Assembly (NCBI GenBank): GCA_050742155.1 | Contig: JBOGFC010000081.1 | Location: 1-61,789 of the forward strand | Reading direction: 5' to 3' | DNA length: 61,789 nucleotides | DNA from: Acidimicrobiia bacterium | GTDB lineage: Bacteria > Actinomycetota > Acidimicrobiia > Spongiisociales > JALYHC01 | Shown: in pieces, positions 8,310-18,116 of the stretch | Layout: the number at the start of each line of letters is the position of its first letter | How positions within the stretch are numbered: the first letter of the stretch is position 1 | The notes under the pieces: generated by a model | Seen by the model: only the letters and a program-made list of their open reading frames with translations | The model's database searches: none | Told to the model about the DNA's origin: nothing | Position numbers and translations under genes: made by a program

Positions 8310-9194
8310 TTGGGTCGTGGAACAGGTGGTGACGGTCTCAGGGTTCGCTGGGCCCGCGACCTCGGCATCGTCCTCATCGGCCTGGTGCTGGGCCTGGGCT
8401 TGGCATACCTGCCGGGAAGCGCCTTGTTGGCGCGCCGCTCGGTGCTCGACCTACCAGGGAATGCGTTGACTACGCCGCCGGCCGCCTTGGCGGAGCCGGC
8501 CATGCCGCCCCCCAGGCAGTCGGGGTCGCCACGAGCCACCGTGGAGGGCTTCTTGGAGGCCGAGGCGGCGGGCGACCTGGTGGCTTCCTTCGGCTTCCTG
8601 AGCGCGGATGACCGCAACGTCTTCGGCTCTCCGGCGGCCTGGGTCGCCTCGCATGCCGACCTGCTCCCCCCGGTCACCGGATTTCAGGTCGAAGACGTGG
8701 TCGACCAAGAGGGGGAGGCCGAGGTGGTGACCCTGGTCGGGTTCCGGCCCAGCCTCGACGAAGTGATCGGGTTGGTCCCGGCCCGGGCCCGTGTCACCTG
8801 GGTGGTGAGCGCTGAGGGCGGTGGCTGGGGCTTGCGTCTGGAGGAGAGCGTGATGGAAGCCCTGTACCCGCCGCCCTGGCAAGCCAGGGAAGACGTGCGG
8901 AGCTGGGCCGAGGCCCGTCTGGCGTGCCGGCCGGCCCTCGAGTACGGGGCCGGCCTGATCGGGACTCCTGCGCTGGCGGACGGGCTGTGTGGAGCCGAGG
9001 GGCCGGTCGAGGTGGGCGGCCCGAGCCCCCCGGACGATCCTGCCGCGGCCGCTCCGTTCCTAGCGGCCTTCGGGCCGCAGTTCGGCGAGTGGGCGCAGGT
9101 GCTGCCCCTGGTCGAGCCGGTGCCCATGCGGGTCGTGGTGGCCCCGTTGGGCGACGACTGGATAGTGATCGGGGTCCTGGAGGAGGAGGCGTGA
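8310..9194 (+). CDS. Membrane-anchored hypothetical protein (possible anti-sigma or sensor partner)
   Basis: The frame is open from 7929, but codon third-position GC is weak before about 8300. A TTG at 8310 follows a GGGAGG SD. One TM (IVLIGLVLGLGLAYL) precedes an extracytoplasmic domain. There is no zf-HC2 motif. The start is uncertain. Confidence 0.45.
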   Translation: MGRGTGGDGLRVRWARDLGIVLIGLVLGLGLAYLPGSALLARRSVLDLPGNALTTPPAALAEPAMPPPRQSGSPRATVEGFLEAEAAGDLVASFGFLSADDRNVFGSPAAWVASHADLLPPVTGFQVEDVVDQEGEAEVVTLVGFRPSLDEVIGLVPARARVTWVVSAEGGGWGLRLEESVMEALYPPPWQAREDVRSWAEARLACRPALEYGAGLIGTPALADGLCGAEGPVEVGGPSPPDDPAAAAPFLAAFGPQFGEWAQVLPLVEPVPMRVVVAPLGDDWIVIGVLEEEA

Positions 9195-9273
9195 GCGAAG
9201 CGAAGCGGGAGCGGTCGCCGCCGGGGTGACGGCAACCCACACACGCGACGACACGAGAGGGAGAAACAACAAC

Positions 9274-10689
9274 ATGTCATCTGTACGAAATGAGGCACCC
9301 AAGGTGCTCCTGGCGCTCGGCTTGACGGCCGTGCTGGCCTTGGCACTGCTGGCCCCGGTAGGGGCCTCGAGCCACCGGGAGGCGCCGCTCATCACGGAGG
9401 ACCCGGTAGCCGACAATACCGACGTCTACGCCTTTATGGATCCAAGCGATCCGAACAAGGTGACGATCATCGCCAACTGGATCCCTCTCGAGGAGCCGGC
9501 GGGCGGCCCGAACTTCTTCAAGTTCGGCGACGACGTGCTCTACGAGATCAACATCGACAACAACGGGGACGCGGTCGACGACATCGCCTACGAGTTCCGG
9601 TTCCGCACCACGCTGCGGAACCCGAACACGTTCCTCTACAACACGGGGCCGATCACCTCGTTGGACGATCCGGACTGGAACGTGGTCCAGACGTACACGG
9701 TCTCCGAGATGCGGGGCGGACGGCGGACGGTCTTGGGTGAGAACCTGCTCACCCCGCCGGTGAACATCGGGCCTCGCTCCACACCCGACTACGAGAGCCT
9801 GGCCGCCGAGGCGGTGCGCACGGTGAGGCGGGGGATCGAGGTCTTCGCCGGACAGCGGGACGAGGTGTTCCCAGTAGACCTGGGATCGCTCTTCGACCTG
9901 GGCGGGCTGCGACCCTTCAATCCGGCGCATGTGATCCCGCTCCCCGCGGAGCCGGGCATCGACACCACGACGGGCTACAACGTCCACACGATCGCCATGC
10001 GGATCCCGACGGGGCAGCTGGTCCGGGGAGGCGATCCGGTGATCGGCATCCGCTCGACCACCTACCGCCGGGCCGGCCGTGTGTTCGAGGGAGGCGACGG
10101 CGCCAACCTGGTCCACTCCGGGCCCTGGGTGCAGGTGTCTCGGCTTGGGAACCCGCTGGTGAACGAGGTGGTCATCCCGCTCGGGAACAAGGACCGCTTC
10201 AACGCATCGCAGCCGGCCGACGACGGCCAGTTCCTGGACTTCGTGGTCGATCCGGAGTTGGGAGCGTTGATCCCGGTGCTCTATCCGGGCGTGCAGGTAC
10301 CGGGGGAGCCCAGGAAAGACCTGGTGACGATCTTTCTCACCGGGATCCCGGGGCTCAACCAGCCGGCCGGGGTCACTCCCTCGGAGATGCTGCGGCTGAA
10401 CACGTCGGTAAGCCCGAGCGGCTTCCCCAACGGACGGACCTTGCAGGACGACGTGGTGGACATCGCCCTCCGAGCGGTGGCAGGGATCTTCTGCGACTCG
10501 CAGAGCGGAGATCCGGAGGACGGATGTGAGGGCTTCACGCTTGCCGGGAGCCCGTTCAACGTCTTTCCCAACAACGCGCTGGAGGACGGGGCCTCCGGGA
10601 ACGACCTGCCATTCCTGGCGCAGTTCCCGTACATGCCGACACCACACGCCGGCTACGACCACGTCCACGACCACTCCAACACCGGCTAG
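9274..10689 (+). CDS. Secreted DUF4331-family protein
   Basis: A signal peptide ends in VGA and is followed by SSHREAPLITEDPVADNTDVYAF. This is the block I recognise as the DUF4331 N-terminal signature. The start is taken at ATG 9274 (MSSVRNE); the longest ORF starts at 9226. Confidence 0.85.
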   Translation: MSSVRNEAPKVLLALGLTAVLALALLAPVGASSHREAPLITEDPVADNTDVYAFMDPSDPNKVTIIANWIPLEEPAGGPNFFKFGDDVLYEINIDNNGDAVDDIAYEFRFRTTLRNPNTFLYNTGPITSLDDPDWNVVQTYTVSEMRGGRRTVLGENLLTPPVNIGPRSTPDYESLAAEAVRTVRRGIEVFAGQRDEVFPVDLGSLFDLGGLRPFNPAHVIPLPAEPGIDTTTGYNVHTIAMRIPTGQLVRGGDPVIGIRSTTYRRAGRVFEGGDGANLVHSGPWVQVSRLGNPLVNEVVIPLGNKDRFNASQPADDGQFLDFVVDPELGALIPVLYPGVQVPGEPRKDLVTIFLTGIPGLNQPAGVTPSEMLRLNTSVSPSGFPNGRTLQDDVVDIALRAVAGIFCDSQSGDPEDGCEGFTLAGSPFNVFPNNALEDGASGNDLPFLAQFPYMPTPHAGYDHVHDHSNTG

Positions 10690-10695
10690 GGGCCG

Positions 10696-12081
10696 ATGGT
10701 GGGGCTGACCGCCGATCGCCGGGTCATCCGGTCCGGTGGAGGGAGGCGTGGGGAGGGGGCCCTCAACGGGTCCCCCTCCCCGCGCGCCCGCTCGCTCACC
10801 CTCCTGGCCGTGGCGGCCGTGATCGGCGTGGCGGTGGGCAGGTTCCTCGCCTTCGATGCCCCACCCGTGGCTTCGGTGGCTCCCGCCCGAACGCCCGAAG
10901 CGATGATCGCCGCACTGGAGGAAGCGGTGGCCGGAAACCCGGACGACCTCCGCTCACTGCAGGCCCTGGGCCTGGCCTACCTGCGCCGGGCCGCCCAGAT
11001 CGGGGATCCCTCCTTCTTCTCCTTGGCCGAGGAAGCGCTCGATCGCGCCGACCGGCTCGCCCCGACCGACTCTCGTACCCTGCTCGCTCGGGGGGCGCTG
11101 GCCTTGGCCCGGCACGAGTTCGCCCCAGCTCTTCGGCTCGCCACCCAGGCCCACCAGGCCGACCCGTTCGACGCCGAGGCCCTCGGGGTGATGGTGGACG
11201 CCCAGGTGGAGCTGGGGCGCTACGACGATGCCGCTCGTCGCCTCCAGCAGATGCTCGACCTTCGTCCCGGCCTGGCGGCCCTCTCCCGAGTCTCCTACCT
11301 GCGGGAGCTCCGTGGTGACCTCCCCGGGGCGATGGAGGCGATGCACCAGGCCCGCACCGCCGGTGCCGGATCCCCGTTCGATGTAGCGGTGGTAGAGGCG
11401 CTCCTGGGGGACCTCTCATTCAGCCAGGGGGACGTCGACGCCGCCGAGGGTGCCTACCGGCGCGCCCTCGAGCTGTCGCCGGAGTTGGTCACCGCCTGGG
11501 TGGGCCGCGCCCGGCTCGAGGCGGCCCGCGGGGATGCGGCGGGCGCCATCGAAGAGCTCCAGGATGTCACCGCCCGCTTCCCACAGCAGGACGCCCTCAT
11601 CCTGCTCGGGGAGCTTCTGTCCAGCGAGGGTCGGGAGGATGAGGCAGAGGCCGTCTACGAGCTGGTGCGCGTCATCGCCAGGCTGCAAGAGGAGGCCGGT
11701 CAGGTGGTCGACCTGGAGATGGCCCTCTTCGAGGCCGACCACGGACGTCCCGAGCAGGCCGTGAACCTCGCACGGCGCGCCTATGCAGTCCGGCCGACCA
11801 TCTACGCCGCGGACGCCCTGGCGTGGTCGCTGGCCCAGGCCGGTGAGGCGCAGGCTGCCCGGTCGTACCTGGCCGAGGCCAAGCGGCTCGGCACGGCCGA
11901 TGCCCTGTTCCACTTCCATGCCGCGGTCATCTACGAGCAGGTCGGCGACACGAACGGCGGCCGCAGAGAGCTGGGGCAGGCTTTCGAGACGAACCCATGG
12001 TTCACGTTCTTCCTTCGGAACCGGGCGACCGAGCTGGCCGACCGGCTCGGAGTCCCGGTTCCTTCGGAGTGGGGACGATGA
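10696..12081 (+). CDS. Membrane-anchored tetratricopeptide-repeat (TPR) protein
   Basis: 461 aa with an N-terminal TM (LTLLAVAAVIGVAVG). Ala/Leu/Arg-rich helical repeats of TPR type run throughout. Its stop overlaps the next start (ATGA). Confidence 0.75.
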   Translation: MVGLTADRRVIRSGGGRRGEGALNGSPSPRARSLTLLAVAAVIGVAVGRFLAFDAPPVASVAPARTPEAMIAALEEAVAGNPDDLRSLQALGLAYLRRAAQIGDPSFFSLAEEALDRADRLAPTDSRTLLARGALALARHEFAPALRLATQAHQADPFDAEALGVMVDAQVELGRYDDAARRLQQMLDLRPGLAALSRVSYLRELRGDLPGAMEAMHQARTAGAGSPFDVAVVEALLGDLSFSQGDVDAAEGAYRRALELSPELVTAWVGRARLEAARGDAAGAIEELQDVTARFPQQDALILLGELLSSEGREDEAEAVYELVRVIARLQEEAGQVVDLEMALFEADHGRPEQAVNLARRAYAVRPTIYAADALAWSLAQAGEAQAARSYLAEAKRLGTADALFHFHAAVIYEQVGDTNGGRRELGQAFETNPWFTFFLRNRATELADRLGVPVPSEWGR

Positions 12082-13463
12082 AGCGGCGGGGCGTCGTCGT
12101 GGTCGGGGTAGCGGCGGTGTTTGTGGTCCTCGCCGGGCCGGCCCGGGCGCACCCGCTCGGCAACTTCACCACCAACGTCTACGCCGGCCTGCGTGTCGCG
12201 GCGAATCGTCTGACCATCGACTACGTGGTCGACTTGGCCGAGATCCCGGCCTTCCAGGCTCGGCAGGGGATCGACGCCGATCGGGACGGCCGCCTGCAGC
12301 CGTCGGAGGAGGCCCGCTATCGCCACGGCCGCTGCGAGGCGCTGGCCCAGGGCATCAGGGTCGCCGTTGACGGTCGGGTCTCTCCCATCCGAGTGGTGAC
12401 GAGCTCCCTGTCCTTTCCCCCGGGACAGGCCGGGCTATCGACGCTCCGTTTGGAATGCCTGCTGGCAGTGGACGTGGGCTGGCAGGACGAGTGGCGGATC
12501 GTCTTCGCGGACCACAACTTCCCCGACCGGATCGGCTGGCGGGAGGTGACCGCAGTCGGCGAGGGGGCCTCGCTGGCGGCTTCGGACGTCCCGGCCCGAA
12601 GCCTCAGCGACCGCCTGCGCAGCTATCCCGCGGACCTCCTGCAGTCTCCGCTCGACCGGCGCACGGCCGACCTCGTTGTTCGACCCGGAGGGCCCGACCG
12701 GGCCGGTACCGCAGCAGCCGAGCCAGTGGCCGTGCGCTTGGTCGGTCGGGTGGACCGAGCCATGCAGGCGTTCCACTCACTGGCGACCGTGGAGAGGCTG
12801 ACCCCGTCCTTCTTCTTCGTGGCATTGTCGCTGGCGCTGGGGTTGGGCGCGCTCCACGCCCTGGCTCCCGGACACGGAAAGACCGTGATGGCCGCCTACA
12901 TCGTCGGCCGGCGAGGGCCCACCTGGCATCCCTTGCTGATTGGTCTGGCGGTAGCCGCCACGCATACGGTGGGGGTCTTGGCACTGGGCATCTTCCTGTC
13001 CTTGTCCCAGGTGCCGGCCGCAGAGCGCCTCTACCCCTGGCTCGGAGTGGCGAGCGGCCTCCTCATCGCCGCCATCGGGCTGGGCCTCCTCTGGAGGATC
13101 GTGCGGCGTCATCCGCATCCCCATCGGCACGGTGCCGGGGCGGGCTGGAAGAGCCCCGTAGCCTTGGGGGTGGCGGGGGGCCTGGTGCCCAGCCCGTCGG
13201 CCCTCATCGTGCTCTTGGGAGCCGTGGCCCTGGGCCGGGCCTGGTTCGGGGTGTTGCTGGTGGTGGCGTTCGGCCTCGGCATGGCCGCCACACTGGTAGG
13301 TGCGGGCCTCCTCCTGCTGCGGGCCGGGCGTCGCCTGGAGCCGAGGTTGAGCGCGGTTCCCGACGGCCTGACACGACTGATGCGGCTCCTTCCGGCGGGG
13401 ACCGCCTCTCTGGTCTTCCTGGGAGGCCTGCTCCTGGCGGCCCGCGCCGTGACGGCCGGCTGA
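12078..13463 (+). CDS. NicO/RcnA-family Ni/Co transporter fused to an N-terminal extracytoplasmic domain
   Basis: A signal peptide ends in ARA and is followed by HPLGNFTTN. The C-terminal half carries HALAPGHGK (NicO signature), a His-rich loop (RRHPHPHRHG) and GGLVPSPSALIVLLG. The start at ATG 12078 is coupled to the TPR gene. Confidence 0.8.
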   Translation: MKRRGVVVVGVAAVFVVLAGPARAHPLGNFTTNVYAGLRVAANRLTIDYVVDLAEIPAFQARQGIDADRDGRLQPSEEARYRHGRCEALAQGIRVAVDGRVSPIRVVTSSLSFPPGQAGLSTLRLECLLAVDVGWQDEWRIVFADHNFPDRIGWREVTAVGEGASLAASDVPARSLSDRLRSYPADLLQSPLDRRTADLVVRPGGPDRAGTAAAEPVAVRLVGRVDRAMQAFHSLATVERLTPSFFFVALSLALGLGALHALAPGHGKTVMAAYIVGRRGPTWHPLLIGLAVAATHTVGVLALGIFLSLSQVPAAERLYPWLGVASGLLIAAIGLGLLWRIVRRHPHPHRHGAGAGWKSPVALGVAGGLVPSPSALIVLLGAVALGRAWFGVLLVVAFGLGMAATLVGAGLLLLRAGRRLEPRLSAVPDGLTRLMRLLPAGTASLVFLGGLLLAARAVTAG

Positions 13464-13467
13464 GACC

Positions 13468-14223
13468 GTGGGTCCAACCTCGGGAGGGCGAAGCCGGCGG
13501 CGGGACCACGGAATCGGCTACTGCCTCATCCCCCTCGTGGCGCTGGTCTCGCTGGTCGCCCTGACCCGTCCCGCCGCCGCCCAGGAGCAGGGCCCGGTCG
13601 CCGGCGGGCCCCTGGTGCCCTTCCCGGTGGCCGGACCTCACTCCTTCGTCGACGACTTCGGCGTTTCCCGCCCGGGCGGCCGAACCCACCACGGTATCGA
13701 CATCTTTGCCAACAAGATGATCCCCGTGGTGGCCATCGCCGACGGCACCGTGGAGTGGATGCACGACGAGCGGGGGGGACGCTGCTGCGCCCTGGGGATC
13801 CGCCACAGCAATGGCTGGGCCTCCTGGTACATCCACCTCAACAACGACTCGCCCGGGACCGACGACGGGCAGGGTTGGGGGTTCGCCGGCGGGATCGGGC
13901 TGGGTTCGCAGGTGCAGGCGGGCATGGTGATCGGCTGGGTGGGGGACAGCGGCAACGCCGAGAGCACCCCACCCCACCTGCACTTCGAGCTGCACATGCC
14001 GGACGGAACCGTGGTCAACCCCTACCTCCAGCTGCGGGCGGCCGTCGCCGGGTCCATTCCGGCGCAGGCCTTCTTCCAGGGATCCGGGGTTCTCCCCGTC
14101 ACCGGGTTGCCGGTCACCCAACTGGGCGGGCTGGGTGCCGTCCTGGTGACGCTCGGGGTGCTGCTGCTGGCCAATGCGCCGAGGCGTCGGGAGCGGCTCA
14201 GGTGGCCTTGGCCTCCGCCATGA
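13468..14223 (+). CDS. M23 (LytM-type) metallopeptidase with a C-terminal LPXTG-type sorting signal
   Basis: HHGIDIF (HxxxD) and PPHLHFELH (HxH) motifs. LPVTG at 14092-14106 is followed by a hydrophobic stretch and an RRRER tail. GTG start 5 nt after the previous stop. Confidence 0.85.
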   Translation: MGPTSGGRSRRRDHGIGYCLIPLVALVSLVALTRPAAAQEQGPVAGGPLVPFPVAGPHSFVDDFGVSRPGGRTHHGIDIFANKMIPVVAIADGTVEWMHDERGGRCCALGIRHSNGWASWYIHLNNDSPGTDDGQGWGFAGGIGLGSQVQAGMVIGWVGDSGNAESTPPHLHFELHMPDGTVVNPYLQLRAAVAGSIPAQAFFQGSGVLPVTGLPVTQLGGLGAVLVTLGVLLLANAPRRRERLRWPWPPP

Positions 14224-14328
14224 AAGCGGCCGGGAGTCCCCTTCAGCGAACAGGGGCCCTGCCTTCCGAGACCGGGGCGGTGACCCCCGCCTTTCTCGTC
14301 GCGCTGAGTGCTGGGTAGCCTTTCGGCC

Positions 14329-15564
14329 ATGTCTGGAGCGGAAGTGGTCGTGGTGGGAGGCGGGCCGGCCGGCTCGGCGGCCGCCTACTGGCTGGCCCTG
14401 CTTGGCCACCCCGTCACGCTCGTCGAGCAGCAGCGCTACCCGCGCGACAAGACCTGCGGGGACGGTCTCACTCCCCGCTCCATTCACGAGCTCGAGTTGA
14501 TGGGGTTTGACTTTTCGGCTGCGGAGTTCCACCGCACCGATGGGCTTCGTTCCTATGCCGGTGACCTGAAGCTGGAGATGGCCTGGCCTCGCCATTCCGT
14601 CTACCCGAGCTGGGGGGGGATCATCCGGCGCACCGATCTGGATGCCCAGGTGGCCGCCCTGGCCGAGAAGCAGGGCGTGGTGGTCCGCCAGCAGGCGACC
14701 GCCGCCCCGGTGCTCGAGGAGGGCCGCCTGATCGGCGTCGAGCTGACCCACGACGGCGAGGCCGAGGTCCTCCACCCCAGGGTGGTGGTGATCGCCGACG
14801 GATCGCAGTCGCGCTTCGGGCGCGCCCTGGGGACGCAGCGGGAGCGGAGCTACCCGTTCGGCCTGGCGGCGAGGGGGTACTTCACCGCCGCCAACTCGTC
14901 AGACGGCTTCATGGAGAGCCACCTCGACCTGCGGGACCGGCGAGGCGACACGGTGCCGGGGTACGGGTGGGTCTTCCCGCTTGGAGACGGGACGGCCAAC
15001 GTCGGGGTGGGCTTGCTGTCGCAGAGCCGGCGCTGGAAGGGCACCAACACCTCGCTGCTCATGGACACCTTCGTGGAGATGATCCCCGAATACTGGGAGA
15101 TCTCGCCGCAGACGGCCATCAGCAAGCCGCGGGGCGGCAAGCTCCTCATGGGCTTCTCAATCGCTCCGCTGGCGGGACCCAACTGGGTGGTGGCCGGAGA
15201 TGCGGGCGGGGCGATCAACCCTCTCAACGGGGAGGGGATCGCCTACGCCTATGAGACCGGCCGCCTGGCGGCCGAGGCGGTGCACAAGGCCCTGGCCTCG
15301 GACGACCTGACCATCCTGGCCGGCTACCCCCAGGCGCTCCAGCAGGTCTATGGGCCCTACTACAAGGTGGGGCGCATCTTCGTGAAGGCCCTCGGACGCC
15401 CGGTGGTGATGCGGTCGCTGGTGCGGACCGGGATGCGCAGCCGCCCGCTCATGGAGTGGGTGCTGAAGGTGATGGCCAACCTGCTCGAGCCGGATGAGCG
15501 GAGCATCGGCGACGAGGTGTACCGGGCGATCGAACGGCTGGTGCGGGCGGCGCCGGGCCGGTAG
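14329..15564 (+). CDS. FAD-dependent geranylgeranyl reductase family protein (MenJ-like)
   Basis: VVVVGGGPAGSAAAY dinucleotide-binding fold, KTCGDGLTPR, and GDAGGAINPLNGEGI. The start is taken at ATG 14329. Confidence 0.85.
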   Translation: MSGAEVVVVGGGPAGSAAAYWLALLGHPVTLVEQQRYPRDKTCGDGLTPRSIHELELMGFDFSAAEFHRTDGLRSYAGDLKLEMAWPRHSVYPSWGGIIRRTDLDAQVAALAEKQGVVVRQQATAAPVLEEGRLIGVELTHDGEAEVLHPRVVVIADGSQSRFGRALGTQRERSYPFGLAARGYFTAANSSDGFMESHLDLRDRRGDTVPGYGWVFPLGDGTANVGVGLLSQSRRWKGTNTSLLMDTFVEMIPEYWEISPQTAISKPRGGKLLMGFSIAPLAGPNWVVAGDAGGAINPLNGEGIAYAYETGRLAAEAVHKALASDDLTILAGYPQALQQVYGPYYKVGRIFVKALGRPVVMRSLVRTGMRSRPLMEWVLKVMANLLEPDERSIGDEVYRAIERLVRAAPGR

Positions 15565-15568
15565 CACT

Positions 15569-15620
15569 CGTTCTTGTGACGCTTAACCACCGATACGGTC
15601 GATAGCCGTCACGAGAACGA
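15569..15620. repeat. Repeat family A, copy 1 (GTTCTTGTGACG...CGTCACGAGAAC hairpin element)
   Basis: 12-nt arms with 1 mismatch and a roughly 26-nt spacer carrying a smaller internal hairpin (ACCG-ATA-CGGT). It lies between convergent genes (ends at 15564 and 15609). Confidence 0.8.
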
Positions 15621-15995
15621 AGGCGACGCCGATCGCGGCTGCATCCACCACTCGCTGAACTCCCGGCAGCGCCCCTCCTCGTCGAAGCGCACGACGAAGA
15701 TGTTGCTGTAGCGCTGCTCGACTTGGGTGCGATCCGGGTTCCAGTAGGTGGTCTCACCTTGGGCGACGGCCAAATCTCCGTTGGTGGCGATGGCGCGGTA
15801 GTCGGCGTCGAACACCTCCGCCTCCTCCTCTACCCAGGCGCGCACGATTGCCTCCCGGCCCCGGGTCGGATCGTCGAAGGGGTTCCACCGATAAGAGGCA
15901 TCTTCACTGAAGAGGTCGCCGATCGCCGCCGGGTCGAGGCTCCGCCAAGCCTCGACATAGCGATCCAGCCAGGCCTGGACGTCCTCCAGCCTCAC
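15609..15995 (-). CDS. NTF2/SnoaL-like small protein
   Basis: 128 aa. DRYVEAWRSLDPAAIGDLFSEDASYRWNPF is typical of SnoaL-like folds. Its 3' end overlaps the right arm of repeat A1. Confidence 0.65.
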   Translation of the reverse strand: MRLEDVQAWLDRYVEAWRSLDPAAIGDLFSEDASYRWNPFDDPTRGREAIVRAWVEEEAEVFDADYRAIATNGDLAVAQGETTYWNPDRTQVEQRYSNIFVVRFDEEGRCREFSEWWMQPRSASPSFS

Positions 15996-16585
15996 AGGAG
16001 CTGCGCCCCGGCTTCCTCCAGGGCGGCCAGGGCCCCCTCGCCATGCTGGGGCTCCAGGTTGACGGCTCGCACCGCTTCGGTGAGCACGCTGGTCCGGTAT
16101 CCCTTGTCCACCGCATCGATGGCGGTGGCCTTCACGCAGTAGTCGGTGGCCAGGCCCACCACCACCACCTGGTCGACCTTGCGCTCGTCGAGGAGACGGT
16201 CGAGCTCCGTGGGGATGTCCTTCTCGGTCTCCGGGTCTCGCACGGTGAACCCCGAATAGCCGTCCTCACCGTTGGAGCCCTTGCGGACCACCGGGCCGTC
16301 CACCACCAGGTCTGGATGAAACTCGGCCCCCCAGGTATCCATCACGCAGTGGACCGGCCAGACCCCCCCGTCCTTCTCGAAGTGCGGCGTTGACTCTGGG
16401 TGCCAGTCCTGGGTGTAGATCACGGGGGACCCGGCCTGCTTCGCCTTGCGGACCTCCTGGTTGATGACCGGCACCACCTCCTCGCCGCCCGGTACGTACA
16501 AGCTCCCCTCGGGGTCGGCGAAGTCGTTCTGCACGTCGACCACGATGAGGGCGGTGTCGGGCCGATAGTTGATCGGTTCAGTCAT
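15992..16585 (-). CDS. pncA: Nicotinamidase/pyrazinamidase (isochorismatase family)
   Basis: [24 protein letters not shown] and [11 protein letters not shown] (catalytic Cys) motifs. The start is taken at MTEPINY (ATG 16585). Confidence 0.85.
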   Translation of the reverse strand: MTEPINYRPDTALIVVDVQNDFADPEGSLYVPGGEEVVPVINQEVRKAKQAGSPVIYTQDWHPESTPHFEKDGGVWPVHCVMDTWGAEFHPDLVVDGPVVRKGSNGEDGYSGFTVRDPETEKDIPTELDRLLDERKVDQVVVVGLATDYCVKATAIDAVDKGYRTSVLTEAVRAVNLEPQHGEGALAALEEAGAQLL

Positions 16586-17105
16586 GGCTCTCTTCCGGGG
16601 CCAGCGCCTGGATGTCCCGCAGGCCCCGGTAGCCCTCGGCGTAGTCGATGCCGTACCCGACCACGAAGCCGGCACCAACGGTCATGCCGGGGTACTCGAT
16701 CGGGATCTCGCAGTTGTTCTCCCGTACCAAGAGGGCGCAGCGCCGCACCGAGGCCGGGTGGCCGGCCCGGATGCGCTCGACCACCACGTCCATGGTGAGC
16801 CCGGTGTCGGCGATGTCCTCCACCACGAGCACGTGGCGATCTGTCAGGTCGGTCTCGACGTCCTTGGTGATCTGGACGGCTCCGCTGGAGTGGGTCCCCT
16901 TGCCGTAGGAGCGGGCCCGGATGAAGTCCACCTCGAAGGGGATGTCGAGCTCCCGCACCAGGTCGGCCAGGAACACGAAAGACCCTTTGAGGATGCCCAC
17001 CAGCAACGGCTCCTTGCCCCGGTAGTCCTCCGAGATCTGCTTGGCGATGCGCCGCACCGCCTCCAGCACTTCGGCTTCCGAGAAGCGGGGCTCGAGCGGA
17101 TCCAC
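16578..17105 (-). CDS. hpt: Hypoxanthine-guanine phosphoribosyltransferase
   Basis: [16 protein letters not shown] and the PRPP-binding block [13 protein letters not shown]. 175 aa, GTG start. Confidence 0.9.
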   Translation of the reverse strand: MDPLEPRFSEAEVLEAVRRIAKQISEDYRGKEPLLVGILKGSFVFLADLVRELDIPFEVDFIRARSYGKGTHSSGAVQITKDVETDLTDRHVLVVEDIADTGLTMDVVVERIRAGHPASVRRCALLVRENNCEIPIEYPGMTVGAGFVVGYGIDYAEGYRGLRDIQALAPEESHD

Positions 17106-17154
17106 GTGGACAAATCCTACCGCGGTCCTCCCTCAGCATCCGGGGGAGCAGGTT

Positions 17155-17184
17155 TTGTCGAATGTTCGGGGCGCTCCCTATGCT
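17155..17184 (+). promoter_or_regulatory. Candidate sigma-70-type promoter of nuo operon 1
   Basis: TTGTCG (17155-17160), an 18-nt spacer, then TATGCT (17179-17184). It lies 34 nt upstream of the nuoA start. This is a pattern match only. Confidence 0.25.
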
Positions 17185-17217
17185 CAGCTCACGGGCGACT
17201 AGCAGCGGAGGATCGTC

Positions 17218-17642
17218 GTGGCGCTCGGGGACTACCTTCCCATCGCTCTCATGTTCATCCTGGCGACGGGCTTCGCCGTGGCGTCGGTGACGGTCTCGTA
17301 CCTGCTCACCGTCAAGCGGCCCACCTTCGAGAAGCTGGCTCCCTACGAGTCCGGGATCATCCCCGAGGTGGAGCCCCCCCAGCGATTCCCGGTCAGGTTC
17401 TACATGGTGGCCATGCTGTTCGTCATCTTCGACATCGAGCTGATCTTCCTCTTCCCGTGGGCGGTGCGCTTCACCGAGCTGGGCTGGTACGGGGTGGCGG
17501 CAGTGGGCTTCTTCACCCTGATGCTCGTCGAGACCTACGTCTACGTCTGGAAGCGGGGAGCCCTGGACTGGTACCTGCCCCGGCGGACCCCTCAAGATGG
17601 GCGGCGGGTACCCCCGATCGGTGGAGGCGAGGAGGCGGCCTG

Positions 17643-17643
<1 letters not shown>
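17218..17643 (+). CDS. nuoA: NADH-quinone oxidoreductase subunit A
   Basis: YESGIIP...[27 protein letters not shown]. There is a roughly 25-aa C-terminal tail beyond the usual end. Confidence 0.92.
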
Positions 17644-18112
<469 letters not shown>

Positions 18113-18116
<4 letters not shown>

